Position numbers and translations under genes: made by a program. Under the pieces are notes generated by a model. It was given only the letters and a program-made list of their open reading frames with translations, did not search any database and was not told where the DNA came from. A DNA stretch of 53,403 bases from Hydrurus foetidus (lineage: Eukaryota): the NCBI GenBank assembly GCA_900617105.1, contig UYFQ01000026.1:1-53403 (forward strand), written 5' to 3'. Positions within the stretch are counted from its first letter, which is position 1. Every line of letters begins with the position of its first letter. Shown here piece by piece: positions 47,319 through 53,403 of this stretch.

Positions 47319-48410
47319 ATGAAGTTCAACATCATTTACGAGGATTCGTCAGGTGCTTCGGAAAAGTTTGTCGCTTCCATAACTGATTACTTAAAAATTG
47401 AATATGATCAGTTGCTTCAAGGCCGCAAAATGAGTAATCTCTTTTTAAAAGACACTGACACAAAGATGTGGATTCGCATCCCTTCCATTAAAGTACTGCG
47501 CTGTCTCTTGTCAGCTGTCAGTGATGAAGTAGCAGCTGTATCAATCATATTTTCCGAATTAGATGTGTCGCCAAATCAATCTCGTCAATCCAGCCCTGGA
47601 AGTGGAGAAAATCCAGATGAAATTGACGACTTTTCTCATCGCGTGTCTAGAATGCGATTGGATTTTAAAGATGAATCAACGCTTGGCGGGAGGTCTGCTG
47701 CCAACTCGTTGGAACCTTTCACTATGAATAATGTGTCGGACATATTGGCGCAGGAGTTACTGATTCTTCCTGATGACGATGATCCTGAAATGACCATAAG
47801 AATTCATGCGCCCTCACTTTTGGTGCACATAAGAAGCGAAGTGTTTGACGGCACGCATATATACGACATAACGGTACAAGCCCAGTCAGAGAGCAAAATG
47901 TTGAAAACTACTTTGAAAAAGAATATATGGACTACTTACTTATTAAGAGTGAACGGTTGTTCAGATATATTTCTGGATTTCATGGCTTCTTCATTAGGAA
48001 ATGTAACTATGCTCGATAGGTCTCTTCTGGAACTACACCAAAAAAGTATCCTATGGAATAAAGTAAAGGTCTTCCATAATGATCTCAAGACGTTTGGACA
48101 AAGCGCAGAAGCTCAGAAGCGTCTAGATGCAGACCCGATGGCATTTTGTTTCATGTCTTCCATTTATTTTACTGAAATTGAGCTGGAATATCTTCATAGT
48201 TTTCCTACTTCGTCAGGGTTAACTTGTAAAGAATATCTAAGTGCTTTGATTGAATCCAAAATTGGTTCCGGAATCAAAAATGCTACATTGTGTACGTCAC
48301 ATGATCTTGCGACCGCCTTTGCCAAAATATACGGGATTCGGAAAGAGTACTCGAAGGATACACAATTCAAGAAATTTTTAAAAGATTTTGGAAAAGTCCG
48401 AAAAGTATAA
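47319..48410 (+). CDS. Intronless ORF of unknown function, ~363 aa (likely start CAAAATG at 47319)
   Basis: Over 1.1 kb of open frame with globular-looking composition and a Ser/acidic linker; no TE motif recognised. Confidence 0.6.
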   Translation: MKFNIIYEDSSGASEKFVASITDYLKIEYDQLLQGRKMSNLFLKDTDTKMWIRIPSIKVLRCLLSAVSDEVAAVSIIFSELDVSPNQSRQSSPGSGENPDEIDDFSHRVSRMRLDFKDESTLGGRSAANSLEPFTMNNVSDILAQELLILPDDDDPEMTIRIHAPSLLVHIRSEVFDGTHIYDITVQAQSESKMLKTTLKKNIWTTYLLRVNGCSDIFLDFMASSLGNVTMLDRSLLELHQKSILWNKVKVFHNDLKTFGQSAEAQKRLDADPMAFCFMSSIYFTEIELEYLHSFPTSSGLTCKEYLSALIESKIGSGIKNATLCTSHDLATAFAKIYGIRKEYSKDTQFKKFLKDFGKVRKV

Positions 48411-48567
48411 TCTTGATGTCGATACAAATGTTTCTTACATAAATGGAGTCAAATAATTCTGTAAATATCCAAAAAAAATGACAAATGAATTACTTAAATA
48501 TCTTATTGTCGATACAAAGATTTCTTACCAGTCAATTTACGAACGAGCTAATGCCACCGGAGCGAGC

Positions 48568-48931
48568 TGTCGTACGGTTGGCGTTCAGACTCACTGAATG
48601 TCACACTAGATCTTCCTGCGTACGCTCTCCTTCTGCAACTTCTGCACAGTAGCTAGCAACTGACTCGGCTCGAAGAGAAAGTTCTGCTGTTTGTGAGGTT
48701 AAAGGTAATTAACAATGCAACGTGTCTTACATTGTTCATGGAGACAGCCGACAAGATCGCGCTGTCCCACACAGTCAAACATGGTGTACTTTCATTGCTT
48801 TCGATGTTCCTGGGTTAAAAGAACTTGGACCGTGTGGAGTAGCGACCCCACACAGCACACGACGGTGAAACGTCATCAAGCGTACATACGTAATGACTTA
48901 TACGGTTACTTAACACACAGTTATTCCGACA
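48568..48931 (-). repeat. Probable 3' LTR of copia E
   Basis: TGTCG..CGACA inverted ends; G-rich ATAGGGGTG abuts the right end on the minus strand (PPT position). The left boundary is uncertain and the partner LTR is outside the window. Confidence 0.5.
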
Positions 48932-49259
48932 CACCCCTATGGCGTGAGTCGTCGGGTAGGGGCTATGTGGATGATTAAAACGCAAAGATAAAATTCAAAA
49001 TTGCTCCTTTGACTAGGAGTCATGTATCACAGCATGATGTTTTAGGGTAGGGAGTTAAGGTAATGGTGAGGTTGACCTTTAGGGTGAAGGTAGATACGTT
49101 AGTACACACAGGGTAATATTAGTATCGTACGTTCTGGCTGAAACCGTACGAGCAGTAGAGTTAAACAATGCGGGAGTGATTTTATAGTCAAACAATAGTA
49201 TGCTATAAAAATCCTCTCAGCTTTCTGATTGATTAAAGTGATCGAATCTGAATTTCGAT

Positions 49260-49470
49260 CCAGGGTCCAGTCCAGAGTCCTCGCTCCATATAAATCCGAT
49301 TCAGGGTCCAGGGTCCTCGCTCCTGATGTTTGCTCCATGGCTCTCGCTCCATGGTACTCCTCGCTCCGATATCTCGCTCCATGGTGTCCTAGCTCCAAAT
49401 TCTCGCTCCAGTGTGGGGTTCTCTCAGATTCCGGGTCCGGGGTCCTTGGGTCAGGATCCTCTCGCAGTGG
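49260..49470. repeat. Cluster of short repeats (CTCGCTCC about 6 times; GGGTCC units) in copia E 3' non-coding region
   Basis: CTCGCTCC at ~49280, 49316, 49343, 49359, 49373 and 49402. Confidence 0.7.
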
Positions 49471-49704
49471 GGTGTGGGCACGTCTTGTCCGTGTTGTCCG
49501 TACGTACGTCTCCTGATAGTGCGCGCAGCAGTCGGGTAGTAGGTAAAGAAGGATGGGCAGCAGTAATGTTGGAAGGGCAGCAGAAATGACGGGGGTAGCA
49601 GATCGGACGGGAAGTGGCAGTAGGTATGACAGGGCAGCAGTAGGTGTAGCAGTCATGACAGGGGCAACAGGGGTGGTCGATTCGATGGTGTGAATCGGCC
49701 GGGT

Positions 49705-52700
49705 TTAATTTCTCTTCTTGACTCCTCGTTGAGTCGTTGTAGGTTTAGATGGGTAGGGGAAGTTGGGGTTGAAGTTGGCTTTTGTTCGTGAGTAAGTCAC
49801 GGTGCTGTTGGCGCTATCCTCAGTCTTGCAGCCTTCTGCGTAGGTGACGGATGGGGTGGTGGTGTTTAATAGCTCCTTCCTGAGCTTACGGAATAGTTCC
49901 CCTTGTAGTGGCTTGGTTAGGATATCAGCTGTCATGTCTTGTAGTAGGTAGGTATTGAATGTCGATGTCTCCGGTGCTCAGTCTGTCGTGTAAGAAGAAG
50001 TACCGTATGTCGATATGGCGCGTACGTTCGCTGTTCGAACGTCCGTTCCGAATCAGCTGTATGGTAGACTGGTTGTCTTGATGGATTAGTGCAGGTGGTT
50101 GGTGGTGTCCTTGACAGTGTAGGAAGTTTCGTGTCCATAGCACTTGGTTGGCGGAGTCGCTAAGTGCAACGAGCTCGGCTTCCGTGCTTGATTTGGTCAT
50201 CAAGCGCTGTGTGCCGCTCTTGGCGTAAATCGCTCCCTTTCCCAGGGTAATTACGCAACCTGTGTGGCTTTTCATATCGGGATGTATGGCGAAGGATGCA
50301 TCGACATATGCAATCACATGTATAGGTTCATGTGCTTCAAATGTTACACCCAAGTTCTGGGTATCCCGTATGTACTGTACCGTACGGATCAACTTATTAT
50401 AGTCGTCCCTTTGGGGCTTAGTCACTCTCTTGGTCAGGAACGCTACGGCTGTCAGAATATCTGGCCTCGTCCTCTTGCTCAGATAGAGTAGCTTCGCTGT
50501 AATAGAATGGAAACGCTCACGCAAGTTGTCGGGTAAGGGTGAGTCACATTCGTTAGGTACAGTGAATAGGTTAGATTGTGCAGGTGTGTTAGCCTTGCCA
50601 GGCATATCCTTACACCCCTCGATGAGGTCTTGCACAAATCCCTCCATAGTCATCTTGACTCTGCCTGCCTTAGTAAAGTCAAATGTCATACCTATATAGT
50701 TTAAAACTTTGCCGCGGTGTTTAGTTAGACCGGGGTATATAGTTTCAATTTGCTGAATAACATCGTCAACGCGAGATTCATTTGAAGCAGTGATAATCAT
50801 ATCATCAACATGAATTACGAGTGAGGTTTGTGTGTTATCTGATTCAGTTCTATTAAACACGCAGATGTCATATTCATTAGCAGTATAATTGAGTTTAATC
50901 AAATCATTGGATAGTTTATCGTACCATAGCTTAGCAGATTCAACGCATCCATATAACGCTTTTTTAAGTTTAACAATACAAGTTCCATTGTTGTTAATGT
51001 ATTTATTGTATGTGGCATCAATATTAATTAGTGCCGCAGTCAGTTGTTTGTTCAGACGCATGTATACAACATGGTCTCCGGTCAGCGGCATATCACTATT
51101 CAGGAATGCACCGGGGAAGTCAACAGTGGCAACAGCACGCTTCTGTCTAGCAGCAATTGCAGTCAGTATGAATACACTAGATGTGCTAGCAGTGGGTGAT
51201 GCGCCGTTATTATAAACGTCTCTATCTTGTAAGTGCCCACCGGCTACTAGTCTAGATTTAAGTTTTTCGAACATGCCATCAGCAGTATACTTTTCTTTCA
51301 AGAACATGCTACTAGGTATAATGGTGCGTTTTTGTTGTGGGGTGAGGGATTCATAAGTTACACCTTCCCAAACATTCTTATCACACATTTGTTTCAATTC
51401 AGATGTAATGGAATCAACAGCTATCACCCCTAACTTATTAATACCTTCATTAACAGTCATTTTGTACAGGTGAGTGTGGTTGTAGAACAGATTACCAACA
51501 TATTTCTTATCCCATTTACCAAGTTGGTGATTTCTACCACTTCTACGTAACACGGGTGAGTTTACAACAGGTGGGTCATATGCGGTTTCAATTATAGTGG
51601 CAGGTGGTGTGAATACTTCAGTGTGTACAGTTACATCAGCAAAGTCGTCTTCATCATCACTTATACCAAATATGTCATCTATCAGTGCTTGATCATATTT
51701 CGGTGTGGGCACATGTGTATCATCATGTGTGTCATCATAATATAGTTGGTCATTGTCATATGTATTGTCATTCACATATAGTGTGTCATCTACGTACTCA
51801 TCTAATGTGGGTGGGTGATTTTCATCAGACATGTCGAGTTGTGATTCAAGATATGTGTCGTTGTCATTGTGATCGTTATCTTCAATAATCTCATCGGTGT
51901 AGTTTGCGTTAGCATTTTCATCGACAGTTTCATATTCGACATCACCAATGTACGCACTATCATCTTCAACATCGTCATCATCGAATACAGTGTGACTACT
52001 ATTCTCAAATACAGGCTGTTTAACATTGGCAGTTTTTCTTTTTGAAGCTAATACATTCAAGTGTAATATTACTTCATCAGGCATGGGTAGTACAGTTGCT
52101 TTAGTACGTTTAACAATACGTTCGTTAGCTAACAGCATATAGTACCATGAACCTTCTAGATTACCGGAGCTCATAAGTGCTATGGCCCCGGCTGTTCTTG
52201 GTTTGGTAGAGTTATCAATGACATCATTATGCACTTGGACATAATCACCAAAACCATGTTTAATCTCCTTATCTACGTCTAACTTTCTTCCGGTTAATTT
52301 TTCTCTCGGACTGATGTGGTTAAGTGAGTTACGTGTGGGAGCTAATACAATTCTACTGACTGCATACTTAACTAACCACACTTCTAATTTCTCGTTTAAT
52401 GAGAATGGTAGAGAATTAATCACTGATCTTACTCTCTCCTTTATGTGTCGTATCTTACGCTCGACTACGGCTACGGCTTCTCCGGCTCCGGTAACGTCTA
52501 ATACTATACCTCTTAAGCCGACTTTGTTGTGAAACCATTCTGTGTTAATTGCACCCTCGCCGTCTACTCGGATCATCTTAACTCTGAATCTGTACTTTAC
52601 CATGCTTGCTAATGAAGTCTTTAAGCTGTTCCATATGCTCTTGTGTTCTCTGTTAGCTAACTTGCTAACGTATAGGAACTCGATAGGCTGAACAACTGAT

Positions 52701-53403
52701 ACTAGATATGGTACCTGATTGACGAACATTATATCTACGTACATGATTTGTTCTGTCTTGTACTCTATACCTATCAATGGTAACTTCTCTTCTAACTTGG
52801 CCTGGTGACTGGTGGTCTTCCCTTAAGGGATCCCACGTCCGGTCCCCATATATCAATGGCTCTATGTACGTCTCGCGCAGTCACTTTGCTATTAGTCAAA
52901 TTCCCTTGGGATATCAACTTAATAGTCTGTGCTGCGCTAGCGTATCCTAATCTACGCTGATAGTCTCTAGCTAACGACGCGTCTCTAACTTCTCTCACTG
53001 TATACTTCTTCTTATTCTGTTCTACTGTCGTAACTAACATTGGCATGCATTCTGTTACCATAGTGTCAAGATTGCATTGGTATATATTCATAGTCTCATC
53101 TCGTGAGAATCTATAAAATATTTTCCGCTGACATCTTGCACTATGTAACAATCATAGTCATGTAAGTACTTAACATCAGTACAGTCACGTACAGCATTAC
53201 CAAAAGATAGTATATTACCAGCACAGTCAGGGCTATAATACACGTTGCCGAACGCCGACACCCCACGTTTCTTAATTATTAGCGGTTTTCCTTTCGGATT
53301 CACCCCGCTAACAATCATAGGTGTGGGTGCGTGTTCGACATTATACAGCAGGGATGAGTCGTTGAATACCGACTCACCAGCACATGTATCAAGCAGTATG
53401 TGT
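49705..53403 (-). mobile_element. Ty1/copia retrotransposon E, pol region (5' part outside window)
   Basis: Protease HILLDTCAGESVFN (~53360-53402); integrase YVDIMF..RVDGEG..VERKIRHIKER; RT LKSRLVAGG, VDFPGAFLNS, LKKALYG, IHVDD; RNase H YVDASF..KSSTEAEL..HQDNQS; ADILTKPL in 49705-49935. Confidence 0.94.
49925..52777 (-). CDS. pol: Copia E pol (integrase-RT-RNase H), 950 aa open segment
   Basis: Motifs as listed for copia E; long Asp-rich linker between integrase and RT. Confidence 0.92.
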   Translation of the reverse strand: MIGIEYKTEQIMYVDIMFVNQVPYLVSVVQPIEFLYVSKLANREHKSIWNSLKTSLASMVKYRFRVKMIRVDGEGAINTEWFHNKVGLRGIVLDVTGAGEAVAVVERKIRHIKERVRSVINSLPFSLNEKLEVWLVKYAVSRIVLAPTRNSLNHISPREKLTGRKLDVDKEIKHGFGDYVQVHNDVIDNSTKPRTAGAIALMSSGNLEGSWYYMLLANERIVKRTKATVLPMPDEVILHLNVLASKRKTANVKQPVFENSSHTVFDDDDVEDDSAYIGDVEYETVDENANANYTDEIIEDNDHNDNDTYLESQLDMSDENHPPTLDEYVDDTLYVNDNTYDNDQLYYDDTHDDTHVPTPKYDQALIDDIFGISDDEDDFADVTVHTEVFTPPATIIETAYDPPVVNSPVLRRSGRNHQLGKWDKKYVGNLFYNHTHLYKMTVNEGINKLGVIAVDSITSELKQMCDKNVWEGVTYESLTPQQKRTIIPSSMFLKEKYTADGMFEKLKSRLVAGGHLQDRDVYNNGASPTASTSSVFILTAIAARQKRAVATVDFPGAFLNSDMPLTGDHVVYMRLNKQLTAALINIDATYNKYINNNGTCIVKLKKALYGCVESAKLWYDKLSNDLIKLNYTANEYDICVFNRTESDNTQTSLVIHVDDMIITASNESRVDDVIQQIETIYPGLTKHRGKVLNYIGMTFDFTKAGRVKMTMEGFVQDLIEGCKDMPGKANTPAQSNLFTVPNECDSPLPDNLRERFHSITAKLLYLSKRTRPDILTAVAFLTKRVTKPQRDDYNKLIRTVQYIRDTQNLGVTFEAHEPIHVIAYVDASFAIHPDMKSHTGCVITLGKGAIYAKSGTQRLMTKSSTEAELVALSDSANQVLWTRNFLHCQGHHQPPALIHQDNQSTIQLIRNGRSNSERTRHIDIRYFFLHDRLSTGDIDIQYLPTTRHDS

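Noticed and set aside
1..53403. tRNA, rRNA or prokaryotic operon features
   Set aside because: None recognised by eye; a covariance-model scan would be needed to exclude small RNAs.

Overview
Eukaryotic, repeat-rich window that is almost entirely LTR retrotransposons, all on the minus strand. 1-7527 holds two decayed Ty3/gypsy remnants joined at ~4450; the first has a chromodomain and a solo LTR (848-1325, TSD CCCCG) inside its integrase. 9595-35611 is a three-level nest. Ty1/copia element A (317-bp LTRs, TSD GTGTA) contains chromodomain gypsy B (322-bp LTRs, TSD AGTC) in its gag, and B contains chromodomain gypsy C (269-bp LTRs, TSD ACCT) in its integrase. About 6 kb of the nest appears twice (offset 7337 bp) across a garbled junction (~17340-18990) that looks like an assembly artefact. 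Next come a decayed spliced gene (~36390-40860), copia D (41487-47144), an orphan intronless ORF (47319-48410) and the 3' part of copia E. Three signals stand out. (1) None of the four elements with a visible 5' LTR has a tRNA-type primer-binding site. Both copias instead have an 11-13 nt site perfectly complementary to a sequence inside their own LTR (Tf1-like self-priming geometry). Both gypsies have a perfect 12-bp palindrome in the same register, overlapping the last LTR base. (2) Gypsy B carries an antisense 212-aa cargo ORF with a Cys/His/Asp pattern like papain-fold proteases or deubiquitinases. (3) Gypsy B also has IFDN instead of YxDD in its RT, a CCCH finger in gag and TG..TA LTR ends. 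All calls are by eye; no database searches were run.
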